Below, piece by piece: positions 1-9,206 of a stretch of DNA of 64,000 bases. The position numbers and the translations under genes are program-made. The DNA lies in the IMG/VR virus record IMGVR_UViG_3300027710_000009. One strand, given 5' to 3'. Source of the stretch: a virus (lineage: Duplodnaviria > Heunggongvirae > Uroviricota > Caudoviricetes). Every line of letters begins with the position of its first letter. Position 1 is the first letter of the stretch. The notes beneath the pieces were generated by a model. The model did no database searches and had not been told where the DNA came from. It was given only the letters and a program-made list of their open reading frames with translations.

Positions 1-50
1 CCTGTGATCCGAGATCCAGGTTTAGAGCACACGATGTTGGCCTGTGCTAG
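1..50 (-). ncRNA. Possible 5' part of a structured non-coding RNA (two tandem hairpins) continuing off the window edge
   Basis: CCTG-t-GATC-cga-GATC-CAGG (1-20) and AGCACA-N11-TGTGCT (26-48) lie directly downstream of the resolvase stop codon; there is no U-tract, so this is not an obvious terminator; only 63 nt are visible. Confidence 0.3.
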
Positions 51-63
51 CCTTAACTGTTGA

Positions 64-579
64 TTATTTGCAGAGTTGCTTGACAGCGTCTGCGTTTATT
101 TCCCAAAACGTATCATAGTCCATGATGAACCAATGACCGTGTTTGGCGGAGCCATAATTAAAATGCCGTGTAAAAGTAAGGGGAGTTGAGTTGGGCTGTG
201 CTTGTACTGCTACAAACATTCCTTTGCGATTGAACTTCATGAACAAAATGTTGAAATCGCCTTCGTCGGCTACATCCATGGTTTGTTCAATCCATTCGTC
301 TAGTTGCTTACATGAGCCTTGAAAGAGTTGATGAAATGGAAAGTCTTTGTAACTTTTGCACTCAGCGTTGAACTTCGGAAAACTCTGTCCAGGGATAATG
401 TCCCCTTTGAAGCTTCGAATCTGTCCTTCGTGCAATACCTCTTTGCGTGAGGCATTTGACCCACCAATATAAGCGCCAGAGTGCGGAACGCGGATAAAGC
501 GTTCTCCGTAGGTTACTGTAAGGTGATCTGCTACCCTACGTTCCCATGCGTTGCCTTTGGCTTTTTGTGGTGATGTCAT
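64..579 (-). CDS. Holliday junction resolvase-like PD-(D/E)XK nuclease (T5 D14/Hjc-like)
   Basis: N-terminal KAKGNAWER, then SGA, GDI and ECK motifs; lies downstream of the SbcCD-like pair, as D14 does in T5. Confidence 0.7.
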   Translation of the reverse strand: MTSPQKAKGNAWERRVADHLTVTYGERFIRVPHSGAYIGGSNASRKEVLHEGQIRSFKGDIIPGQSFPKFNAECKSYKDFPFHQLFQGSCKQLDEWIEQTMDVADEGDFNILFMKFNRKGMFVAVQAQPNSTPLTFTRHFNYGSAKHGHWFIMDYDTFWEINADAVKQLCK

Positions 580-631
580 AATGCTAAGTTAGTTATGTTA
601 AAATTGTGCCATGATAAAATTTCATATTTTG

Positions 632-1648
632 CTACCATTCGGTAGCATATTCTTTGTTTACAACCTGTTTAGAACACTTGGTTTTGCACTCTTGCCAGCG
701 GAAAGTTTGGAATTCTGTAGTCCAAAAAACATCATCTAACACGTCTTTCAACGTGCGCTGAGTGAGGTCAAAGTAGCGACCTCGTTCCTGCCATTCTGCG
801 TTATGTTCGTATCTATTTGCCACCCAACAGCAAGGAAACAAGTGACCCTGCGAGTTTATATACACGCCCTTGTTGCCTACTGCACACAGTGGAATCACTG
901 GTTTATCACGATATTCTGCTTGTGTTTTGTGCCACGCGGCAGTGTTTTCTGCATGCACACTCGCTGGCACACGATCGCGCAGTTGTTTAATAGTTCGCTC
1001 AAAACGTTGATTTTGAGCTATGTGTTCAGCTCGAGGTTGCAACACATCTGTTGGCCCGTATATTGGGTATACCTGTGCAAACTTGGTTGAACGTGTGATT
1101 TGTAAAAAATCAAATCCACGACTTGTGGCATGACGTTCAATTTTGTCCAAATGATCTTGATTGAATTCAAATGCTATAGCGGCCCAGGTCATTTGCACTG
1201 AACTGTGAGCTCTAAGCACATCAATACCTTCCATGATACTGTCCCAATCAGAATTAGCCCTGTACTGGTTGTTGCTGATGTTGTCGTAGCCATCAATGCT
1301 AAAGTGTACATGATCACGATGTGTCAACACATGAGCTAGACCGCGCCACCAGTCGGTGCTTTTGTAACTGCCATTGGTAATAATGACAATTTCAACATCA
1401 GCCAGGCTTTTCAAATAAGCAATGATAGATATCAAGTCATGTGCATAGATAGGGTCACCGTCGTCACCGCAGAATGTAATTTTACGCACTTGCTGTTCGA
1501 CAAACTGCTGTGTGAAGTTTCGTTTGAAAAACTCTAGATCTAATTCTGTATTCACAAGTCCGTTGGGAACTTCTTGCCTGGCACAACGTGGGCAATGTAA
1601 CGTACACTTGCTGGACACTTCAATGTGCCAATGCCACGTGGCTAGCAT
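632..1648 (-). CDS. Radical SAM protein with C-terminal twitch/SPASM-like Fe-S domain
   Basis: CTLHCPRC (CxxxCxxC), GDDGDP, TNG, SIDG; C-terminal C...GHLFPCC...CKTKC. Confidence 0.9.
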   Translation of the reverse strand: MLATWHWHIEVSSKCTLHCPRCARQEVPNGLVNTELDLEFFKRNFTQQFVEQQVRKITFCGDDGDPIYAHDLISIIAYLKSLADVEIVIITNGSYKSTDWWRGLAHVLTHRDHVHFSIDGYDNISNNQYRANSDWDSIMEGIDVLRAHSSVQMTWAAIAFEFNQDHLDKIERHATSRGFDFLQITRSTKFAQVYPIYGPTDVLQPRAEHIAQNQRFERTIKQLRDRVPASVHAENTAAWHKTQAEYRDKPVIPLCAVGNKGVYINSQGHLFPCCWVANRYEHNAEWQERGRYFDLTQRTLKDVLDDVFWTTEFQTFRWQECKTKCSKQVVNKEYATEW

Positions 1649-2547
1649 AATGCGGTGTCCTCTTGAAACTGACTTTCAAATCTTGTTTGGTCATTTGTGG
1701 TTGCACAAAACTTGGTGCATACAGGGTGTGGATTGTCTTTCCAGCTAGCAATCAGTGTAACAGGATCTGCTACTAATTGCTTGAGTCTTTTGTCCATGCG
1801 AAAAACTTCACTGCCTATAAAACAACAAGGCAGTATCTCGCCTGTGGCGGCCATGTAGATACTTTGTTCGCGCATGGCATGACAGTCCACAGGACCATCT
1901 GCTGTTACCGGCACAAAGTCCTTGGGTGGAGCAAGAAATTTAATTGGTCGCTCTTGAAAGCGTGAACTGACTTTGGTACGGAAACGCACAAAGCCCATCT
2001 TTCTAGCATGCTCTCTGCAGGTGTCAACATGATGTTGATTGTGTTGGAACACCAGCATGTCCCAGTGTGCTCTACCGCCAGCTGAAATAAATGTTTCTGC
2101 ATTGAGCATGATTCGATGCCACATCACACCTTGGCGATATATGTCATTGGTGCTGGCCATGCCGTCAATGCTGAATACACAGTAGTCTAGCTCACGGCTT
2201 AATAGCTTGCCCATGTCTAACCAAAACAGTGTGTCACGTAGCGCACCATTGGTATTGAGTCCGATCACAATGTCAGGATTGACTTCACGGAACCACTGAA
2301 ATATCTGCAGACATTCTCGCGCCGCACATGGATCACCAAAGTTACCACATGCAAATACCTTGCTTAGATTACGTACAAATTGTTCAGGAAATGTACGTTT
2401 AATAAGTGCAAGACCAACATCGTGATCCGTAGTGTACCCTGACTCGGGATCCATTCTAGCACATTGAGGACAGCTGGCTTGACAGCGAGTGGTTAGCTCA
2501 AGATGCAGAACTTGGATGTCTTCAAACAATGTCGGTGTCTGTACCAT
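1642..2547 (-). CDS. Radical SAM protein with C-terminal twitch/SPASM-like domain
   Basis: CQASCPQC, CGNFGDP, NTNG, FSIDG; C-terminal C...GEILPCC...CTKFC. Confidence 0.9.
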   Translation of the reverse strand: MVQTPTLFEDIQVLHLELTTRCQASCPQCARMDPESGYTTDHDVGLALIKRTFPEQFVRNLSKVFACGNFGDPCAARECLQIFQWFREVNPDIVIGLNTNGALRDTLFWLDMGKLLSRELDYCVFSIDGMASTNDIYRQGVMWHRIMLNAETFISAGGRAHWDMLVFQHNQHHVDTCREHARKMGFVRFRTKVSSRFQERPIKFLAPPKDFVPVTADGPVDCHAMREQSIYMAATGEILPCCFIGSEVFRMDKRLKQLVADPVTLIASWKDNPHPVCTKFCATTNDQTRFESQFQEDTALC

Positions 2548-4291
2548 AACTTGTGAATCCGTTTTCTTTTGTGACTGTTAGCACGTTGTTTACTCGACTG
2601 GTCAGTTCGTCTTTGTGTGATACCAACCAAACAGATTTATTACGATCACGTGACATCTTCTTGAGAATAGACAAGGCGGCTTCTACACCTGAACTGTCCA
2701 TACCTGAGTCAACCACTTCGTCAATAAACATCAAATTGATAGGCTGATACAAACTTTCCCACACATCACGGAACGCCCAGGACAATGACAGGATCAAACG
2801 ATTGCGTTCGCCTCGGCTCAAGTTATCAAAGTCCAGCTCACGTCCTAGCTCTGTGATGTTCACTGTGAGATCGTTTTGGAATATCACAGTGTGCGGTAGT
2901 CCAATCTTGTCCAAGTAGTGACTCAGTCGTTGATTTAGATAAGTTAAATTTTGATCAATGATGCGTTTGCGCACATAACTGTCTTTGCTGGTCAAGAGCT
3001 TGAGCAAGAAGTCTTGATGATCACGCAAACTTACCAAGCGGTTCATTTCATCGTAATCAATTTCTTCTACTGCTTTGTTTTCCATTTCTGTAATTTGTTC
3101 AGCATAAGGATCTGCTTCGTCCTGTTTGGCTGTGATTTGACTCAATATATTGCCCAAGCTCGCACGATGTTCAAATGCATCTGCTTCTTTGTCGTAGAAT
3201 GTTTCTGGAACTGGTCCAAGCTCGCCTAGTGCCTGTAGTGCATCAGTATGCTCCATCCACTGAGTATTTGTTGCCAGTGCTTGTAGTGCGGCTTCTTGCA
3301 GACTTTTACGTTTGTCAGCCAACACCTGCTCATGCTTTTCATCATGCATTTCCTGTCCACAAGCATAGCACTTGTGTTCTTCCAGTTGAGCAATTTCTGC
3401 TTTGAGCTTGGCAATGGTCTTGTTTTCTTTGGCTTCGTCAACTTCGCAACGTGCAATATATTTTTGTAAATCAGCACGATCCTTGACCAATTGAGTGTGC
3501 CGCACCAGATCTTGATGTGCTAGCAGTTCGGCTTCGATGTCAATCTTGCCCAGCTCGTCATAGGCTATTGCTAGCTTGTCAAGATCTTCTTGCTTTTTAC
3601 GTAGCCACAAAGTTTGTCGTCGACGCAGATTTTCAATTTGATCTTCCATGCGTTTGTTGGCATCACGCACAGCATTGATACGATATTCTTCCTTGGTTAT
3701 AGATTCTTTGCCAAGTTTGATTTGTTCTTTGAGATTTTCTGCTTTTTCACTCAGTTGTGTAACACCCAACAGTTGCTCAATCAACACACGCTGATCCGCG
3801 GCTCTTAGACTCAGGAAAGGTTCAGTGTAGGTGTTCAGTGCAACAATATGTTTGAACATTTCATGGCTCATGCCCAACAGTTGTTCAATTGCATGCTGTG
3901 TTTCGCGACTGTCACCTTGGCTTTCGTCTTTGACTTCTTGTTCTTGGTCGCCAATAAAAAACTTCATGATGTTGGGCTTGCGTCCACGTTCAACTCTATA
4001 GGTTTGTCCGTTGTTTTCAAACTCAAGATTGACTATCATGGCTTTGCCATTGGTCTTGTTAATCAAGTTTTCTTTGCGAATACGAGTAAGAGCTTCACCG
4101 TACATGGCATAACTCAGGGCATTGATAATTGTAGTTTTGCCTGTGCCATTACGTGCGCCAGTATCATCTCCGCCTAGATCCAAGTTTTGTCCTAGTACCA
4201 AGGTCAAATCATTTCTATTGAAATTCACAGCCTGAGTTACATTACCCACGCTCATGAAGTTTTTAACAGTTAGAGTTTTTATTTTGAGCAT
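2522..4291 (-). CDS. gp46: Recombination endonuclease ATPase subunit (T4 gp46/T5 D13/SbcC-Rad50-like)
   Basis: KNFMS N-terminus, Walker A NGTGKTT, coiled coil with zinc hook CYAC, signature LSRGE, Walker B FIDE, SH switch. Confidence 0.93.
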   Translation of the reverse strand: MLKIKTLTVKNFMSVGNVTQAVNFNRNDLTLVLGQNLDLGGDDTGARNGTGKTTIINALSYAMYGEALTRIRKENLINKTNGKAMIVNLEFENNGQTYRVERGRKPNIMKFFIGDQEQEVKDESQGDSRETQHAIEQLLGMSHEMFKHIVALNTYTEPFLSLRAADQRVLIEQLLGVTQLSEKAENLKEQIKLGKESITKEEYRINAVRDANKRMEDQIENLRRRQTLWLRKKQEDLDKLAIAYDELGKIDIEAELLAHQDLVRHTQLVKDRADLQKYIARCEVDEAKENKTIAKLKAEIAQLEEHKCYACGQEMHDEKHEQVLADKRKSLQEAALQALATNTQWMEHTDALQALGELGPVPETFYDKEADAFEHRASLGNILSQITAKQDEADPYAEQITEMENKAVEEIDYDEMNRLVSLRDHQDFLLKLLTSKDSYVRKRIIDQNLTYLNQRLSHYLDKIGLPHTVIFQNDLTVNITELGRELDFDNLSRGERNRLILSLSWAFRDVWESLYQPINLMFIDEVVDSGMDSSGVEAALSILKKMSRDRNKSVWLVSHKDELTSRVNNVLTVTKENGFTSYGTDTDIV

Positions 4292-5238
4292 TTTTGTGTA
4301 CAGATTAAATTAGGTGATTGATTGAAACTTGCCGGATATCTTTTTTGCCACAGGTCACCATTGATTATGTCCTCTAATGTGCTAGTGTAGAGATTTATTT
4401 GGTCAAAGTCAATAGCCAGCGTGTTCCTAAAATGATAGTTGACCACTTCATAGGTTAGTTTTTGTTGTGTGGCCTTGTGCCACCCCATGAGATAACAGCA
4501 GGGCCATACTGTGCCATCAGCATAGATAGATATCCATCCTTCGCGCTGACTTTCGCATGAAATTTTTCCAGTTGTGGGTTTTATGAAATCTTTTTCAACA
4601 AAAGTCACTGTGGCTGGCACAAGTTCTAGATTGGCAGGCTGTAGGTGTGCCTGCGACTGGTCTTTCAAGTTGAATCTATCTTGCCGCAGTACAAAAAACT
4701 TTTCAAAATTCAGTTGCTCACTCAACTGCTTACAAGACTCTATTTGATGTGCATTGTGTTCAAACAAAATAAACTGCCAATGTGCATGGCCACCACCTTG
4801 CACAAATGCCTGGGCATTGTCAATAATCTTTTGCCAATTGGTATTGGTTCTGTAGATTTCGTGTGTATCTTCAAGTCCGTCAATGCCAAATACCACACTG
4901 TGATTGTGTTTGCTCAATAGTTTGCCCAGTTGTTGCCACCAGCTGGTACTGCGCAAACTGCCATTGGTGTGTATGTTGATCTCAGCGGTGGTATTGCAAA
5001 CAACCCACTCAATGATATTGAAAATATCTGGGTGCATGATGTTGTCACCCGTGGTACCATTAAAATTGATTGTTTTGAGATTTTGCCATACATGCAACGG
5101 AACCTGTTTGACAACGTGATGCCAGTCCAGCGTGTCATTGGTACGCATGCCCGGGTGTCGCAAACACTGGACACATCCTGCATTGCAGTTGTTTATGGTT
5201 TCAACGTCTAACACAACTATGTCGTTAACAGTCAGCAT
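4279..5238 (-). CDS. Radical SAM protein with C-terminal twitch/SPASM-like domain
   Basis: CNAGCVQC, GTTGDN, HTNG, FGIDG; C-terminal C...GTVWPCC...CTQKC. Confidence 0.9.
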   Translation of the reverse strand: MLTVNDIVVLDVETINNCNAGCVQCLRHPGMRTNDTLDWHHVVKQVPLHVWQNLKTINFNGTTGDNIMHPDIFNIIEWVVCNTTAEINIHTNGSLRSTSWWQQLGKLLSKHNHSVVFGIDGLEDTHEIYRTNTNWQKIIDNAQAFVQGGGHAHWQFILFEHNAHQIESCKQLSEQLNFEKFFVLRQDRFNLKDQSQAHLQPANLELVPATVTFVEKDFIKPTTGKISCESQREGWISIYADGTVWPCCYLMGWHKATQQKLTYEVVNYHFRNTLAIDFDQINLYTSTLEDIINGDLWQKRYPASFNQSPNLICTQKCSK

Positions 5239-6349
5239 TTAGTCGTTCAACCAGTTCTGGAAAAGACTCTGCAACACTGTTGCCACGACGGAGGTCTAGT
5301 TTTTGGCAATAGTCAAGTATGTCCTGCGCGGCACTGTAATGCGGCGTGTGCAGTTGTGTTTGTATTTGTTTGATTGAAGGATTATCAATGCCGTTGAGTC
5401 GACTGTGTATCCAGGCTCGAGTTTTTACCGGAGCTCGATGCATGTTAAGAATCAATGGATCCTGCAACTTGTTGTAGAACACTTCAAGATCATTTGTTTT
5501 GCAAAATTCTTCTACTTCTGCAAGATAACCCACATTGAATATACTGGTCGTGTGCAAGATCAGCAGTCTAACTTTTTGTAGCTTTTTATATTGTTGAATA
5601 TTTTTAACCAAAGTATCCCAACTGGCCGGAAATCTTAAATATTCAAATCTACTACCAATGCCATCCATGCTGATGTTTATATCAACTCGTTTGAAGTGCT
5701 GCCAGTATTCCAATTGCTCATCAGGCATGCGTGTACCATTGGTGGTGTACAACAAGGTAATGTGTTTGGAATGTCCAGATTCAACCAAGTACTTGAATAA
5801 ATCAGCTTGTTCTTGTTCCAACATCATGAACGGTTCACCGCCAATAAATTCTATCATACCAATACCTGCGGCACGGTCTCTCAAACTCTGCCAGACTGGA
5901 TCAGTTTTTTTCAGCATGATAGGACGACTGGCTGGATCACCAAACTTTTTGTTTTCGCTAATCCAGCCAGTACTTACATCATCATTACAGGTAACACAGC
6001 GAAGATTGCAGTGATTTCCCAATCTTACATAGTAACGAACAAACTCATCCTGTACAACATCCAATGCTGGCTTGTACTTGTAGTCAAACACTTGACTGTA
6101 GAGTTGATTGTCTCGCAATCGCTTACTGGAATATCCTTGTGATTCTTCCTCCCAGCAATGCACACAATCTTTGACAGGAACTCCGTCTAGTAATTGTTTT
6201 TTAAGCGTGGCAAGTTCAGTACTGTTGGCATATTCATTGATACTTGCAAATCCGTGGGACGAGGCGTAGACACAACAAGGGCTATAACCTTGCCCAAATT
6301 GATAGTTTATAGAAATCCATGGATTAACGCAAAAGGTTTTTTCATTCAT
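5225..6349 (-). CDS. Radical SAM protein with N-terminal twitch-like Cys cluster
   Basis: N-terminal FCVNPW...PCC...CVHC, then CNLRCVTC, GGEPF, TTNG, ISMDG. Confidence 0.9.
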   Translation of the reverse strand: MNEKTFCVNPWISINYQFGQGYSPCCVYASSHGFASINEYANSTELATLKKQLLDGVPVKDCVHCWEEESQGYSSKRLRDNQLYSQVFDYKYKPALDVVQDEFVRYYVRLGNHCNLRCVTCNDDVSTGWISENKKFGDPASRPIMLKKTDPVWQSLRDRAAGIGMIEFIGGEPFMMLEQEQADLFKYLVESGHSKHITLLYTTNGTRMPDEQLEYWQHFKRVDINISMDGIGSRFEYLRFPASWDTLVKNIQQYKKLQKVRLLILHTTSIFNVGYLAEVEEFCKTNDLEVFYNKLQDPLILNMHRAPVKTRAWIHSRLNGIDNPSIKQIQTQLHTPHYSAAQDILDYCQKLDLRRGNSVAESFPELVERLNADC

Positions 6350-7359
6350 AGATGTTTGTAGATATCCAGCAATAGATTTCTATCATAATGCTCACTGGAT
6401 ATTGCGTTTAACTGATTTTGCACTATGGTATCAACGCTTTCAAATTTGATTTCACCTTGTGTTCCGTCCACCATTTCTACTTCTTTTTTAGGAATCAAAC
6501 TGAGTTCTCTCAACTGATACGTTTCAATGAAAGTTTCTTTGATAAAGTTTGCTTCTTCGTAGCTGAGATCAATGTCAATGTTCACTCGAGCATGCATTCG
6601 AGGTTTGAATACCTTTTCTGCATCAGTGACCACACTGCTCAAACTCAGCACACGATAGGTAGGCTGATCTGGCCATGCGTGATACTCCGGCTCTTTGTCC
6701 CATTCCAGGATCATCATGCCGCGATCTTCGTCACCGTCATCTGCATAGTTGTGCGGAAAACAGTTGCCAATGTATGTGATGTTGTTGGCAGTTTGGCGCT
6801 TGTGGAAATGTCCAGTGAATACTTTTTCAAAGCCCACAAAGTCTTCTCTACGAGCTTCGCCCACATCGGGCATTTGAATCATGGCGTTCATAAAGTAGCC
6901 TGGTAATTCAAAGTGTCCAAAGCAGTACTTGCCTTTTTTCTTCAGAAGCTTTTTGTGATCATCACCCACTAGCCACGGAGCAATGGTCACATCTCCTTGG
7001 CTGAACCAGTCATTGCAAATGTGAATGTTAGGAAGATGTCGAGCCCATTCTACACTCTGCACATCACGTTTGTCTCTGTAGTACAAGTCATGATTGCCAG
7101 GGATAAAATACACAGCATCAAAATTGTCATTCATATGCTCCAGTGCTTTGAGACTGTAGTTCAAAGTCAGAATGTTCAACGCAGATCTGTTGTTGTGCCA
7201 GTCGCCAAGAAACAAGCAGGTTTCACAACCTTCTTCTTTGGCTTTGGCGGTGGCCCATTTGACAAACGCCAAACAGTCTTCGTTGTGCGTGATACTGTTG
7301 GATTTCAATCCAAAATGGATATCAGTCCATACTGCGGCTTTTTTGAATAGATTAGGCAT
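6346..7359 (-). CDS. gp47: Recombination endonuclease nuclease subunit (T4 gp47/T5 D12/SbcD-Mre11-like metallophosphoesterase)
   Basis: DIHFG, LGDW, GNHD, GHFE and GHFH metallophosphoesterase motifs; partner gp46 lies downstream. Confidence 0.93.
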   Translation of the reverse strand: MPNLFKKAAVWTDIHFGLKSNSITHNEDCLAFVKWATAKAKEEGCETCLFLGDWHNNRSALNILTLNYSLKALEHMNDNFDAVYFIPGNHDLYYRDKRDVQSVEWARHLPNIHICNDWFSQGDVTIAPWLVGDDHKKLLKKKGKYCFGHFELPGYFMNAMIQMPDVGEARREDFVGFEKVFTGHFHKRQTANNITYIGNCFPHNYADDGDEDRGMMILEWDKEPEYHAWPDQPTYRVLSLSSVVTDAEKVFKPRMHARVNIDIDLSYEEANFIKETFIETYQLRELSLIPKKEVEMVDGTQGEIKFESVDTIVQNQLNAISSEHYDRNLLLDIYKHL

Positions 7360-7367
7360 AGTAACTT

Positions 7368-7396
7368 ATTATAGACACAATTCGTTTGAAATGCAA
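7368..7396 (-). promoter_or_regulatory. sigma70-type promoter for the gp47 operon (probably leaderless transcript)
   Basis: Minus strand TTGCAT-17 bp-TATAAT, ending 8 nt before the gp47 ATG; no SD. Confidence 0.65.
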
Positions 7397-7409
7397 CTAA
7401 GTTGGCAAT

Positions 7410-8297
7410 CTACTCTTCGTGACCGCCGCCTCCACTGCTGGCCATTTGACGTGTGTAACTTGGGTTCAAGTTGTTCATTTGCAAGATGTCGTCCCTTAGA
7501 TTCTGGTTGCGTTTTTCAATGTTAAGCACACGAGTGAATGAGTTGGTAATAGCTGCCGTGTAATAAGCAAATGGATTTTGACTCTTGCTTTCATCAAACT
7601 GCAAACCAATCTGACTCAACTGTAGCAGAGCTTGTGAGCGCATTTCATCATTGTATGTGTAGCCACGCCAGTTAGATCTTGTGGCATAGCGTTCACACAG
7701 TTTCATAAACATGTGAGCCAGCTTGTTGGTCATTGCTCCGTGGTCTCTAGAATAGCATCCTGTGTCTGGATCGCCTTTCCAATGACTGATGCCCACTACC
7801 ACTTGCAACAGGTTGTCTTCTGTGTCACGAGCAAGTTTTATGTGCTTGAACGGCGGAAAATTAACCTTGACAAATTTGGTAGGCTTGGCCGGCTCGTCAG
7901 CATCGTACTCGGTGTCTGCGGAGTCTTCATCTTCTTCAATCACAGGTTCAGCTTTGCCACGTTTTTTGCTGACTTTTACAATTTCTTGTGTGGGCACATG
8001 TTCCCATGTCATGACACGAAACACTACTTCGTCTTCGGGAATCTTGGTATGCTTGATCAAAAAATCTTCTAGTTTGGCCTTGGTTCCGCCCAGCAAGGCT
8101 TCTTCTTGGGCAATTTTAGCCAGGCGCTCGGCACGATTTTTCTTTGCTTCGGTTATGTCTTTTTTAGTAATTTTTCGCCCGTCAGTGATGATCATGTCGT
8201 AATCAGCATCCAGTGGGTTTTTATACCAGCAGTAGGTGTTCTTACTCTTGTGTATCTCTTTCAAGATATCTTTATTGTTGAGATAATTGTGCTTCAT
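7410..8297 (-). CDS. gp55: T4 gp55-like late-transcription sigma factor with a large internal insertion
   Basis: HNYLNNKD N-terminus and NWRGYTYNDEM...QFDESKSQNPFAYYT...FTRVLNIEKR resemble gp55; start moved to ATG 8297 (AAGGA SD upstream). Confidence 0.82.
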   Translation of the reverse strand: MKHNYLNNKDILKEIHKSKNTYCWYKNPLDADYDMIITDGRKITKKDITEAKKNRAERLAKIAQEEALLGGTKAKLEDFLIKHTKIPEDEVVFRVMTWEHVPTQEIVKVSKKRGKAEPVIEEDEDSADTEYDADEPAKPTKFVKVNFPPFKHIKLARDTEDNLLQVVVGISHWKGDPDTGCYSRDHGAMTNKLAHMFMKLCERYATRSNWRGYTYNDEMRSQALLQLSQIGLQFDESKSQNPFAYYTAAITNSFTRVLNIEKRNQNLRDDILQMNNLNPSYTRQMASSGGGGHEE

Positions 8298-8339
8298 GTT
8301 TAGCAGTATCCTTATAAAACTACCACTTATTTTAGCAGG

Positions 8340-8345
8340 TAAATA
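8340..8345 (+). promoter_or_regulatory. T4-type late promoter (TAAATA) for the baseplate operon
   Basis: TAAATA 24 nt upstream of ATG 8370; the same hexamer precedes other structural genes. Confidence 0.6.
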
Positions 8346-8369
8346 GTACAAAAGCAAGAGGTTTTTACC

Positions 8370-9206
8370 ATGCCAGACAGATTAAAAAATGCGTTACCCG
8401 GAGGCCTGCCCAAATATGTGGACATTGGCCAGACCAAACTTCCTAACAACAGCGCAATTCTGAATGCGCAAACTGCTCTTCAACGCAAAACTGAAAAACT
8501 TGACAAAACAAAAGACTGGCGAGTTCGTATCAGTCTTCCTCCAGGTAGCAAATTTGCCTTTAGAGGCCAAAGCGGCCAACCAAATGGCAATACCAGAGAC
8601 AACGGAGAAGGCGGAACTTATAGCACACTAGGCTTTATGTATCCTCTCTCTGACGCTGCTGGCCCAGACGGAGTAGTGTTTCCACAAACACCTTCAATTA
8701 CTGTTACTCATAATGCAAGATATCAAGAACAAGCTCTAACGCATAGCAACTATAAAAGTTACTTTTACGAAGGTAGCGATGTTGCGGCAATTCAGATAGC
8801 TGGAGTATTTACCTGTCAAAATGCCGCAGAAGCAGAATATGTCATGGCCTGCGTACAGTTCTTGAGAGCTTGTACCAAGATGTTTTTTGGAAAAACTCAA
8901 TCTGGCAGTAGCCACCCATCGGGTACTCCTCCTACACTGGTAAGACTCAGTGGGTACGGAGATTTTTATCTGCCCGACCTAACCTGTGTGGTCACTTCAG
9001 TTGCACACACCATGCCTGACGATTGCGACTACATTAAATTTAGAACTGTTGACGGCGAAAACTATGGTTGGATGCCAACAGTAAGCACTCTCACAGTTAC
9101 CCTACAACCAGTAGTCAGCCGCAAACGACAAGCCGAAGAAATAAGTTTAGACAAATTTGTAAACGCAGAATACATATCTAGAAATGGCAGTGGAGGACTT
9201 ATCTAA
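8370..9206 (+). CDS. Baseplate/tail-tube initiator-like protein (gp48/gp54-like)
   Basis: VVFPQTPSI...Y...THSNY and PP..RLSGYG...V.S motifs; first gene of the baseplate module, before the LysM gp53-like gene. Confidence 0.5.
   Translation: MPDRLKNALPGGLPKYVDIGQTKLPNNSAILNAQTALQRKTEKLDKTKDWRVRISLPPGSKFAFRGQSGQPNGNTRDNGEGGTYSTLGFMYPLSDAAGPDGVVFPQTPSITVTHNARYQEQALTHSNYKSYFYEGSDVAAIQIAGVFTCQNAAEAEYVMACVQFLRACTKMFFGKTQSGSSHPSGTPPTLVRLSGYGDFYLPDLTCVVTSVAHTMPDDCDYIKFRTVDGENYGWMPTVSTLTVTLQPVVSRKRQAEEISLDKFVNAEYISRNGSGGLI

Noticed and set aside
2522-4291. Intein or homing endonuclease in gp46
   Set aside because: Length is explained by the coiled coil and zinc hook; no intein splice motifs or LAGLIDADG/HNH insert seen
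632-6349. Radical SAM genes as a 7-deazaguanine (QueE) or anaerobic RNR activase (NrdG) module
   Set aside because: They carry extra twitch-like Cys clusters, and no queC, queD, folE, dpdA or nrdD is present in the window
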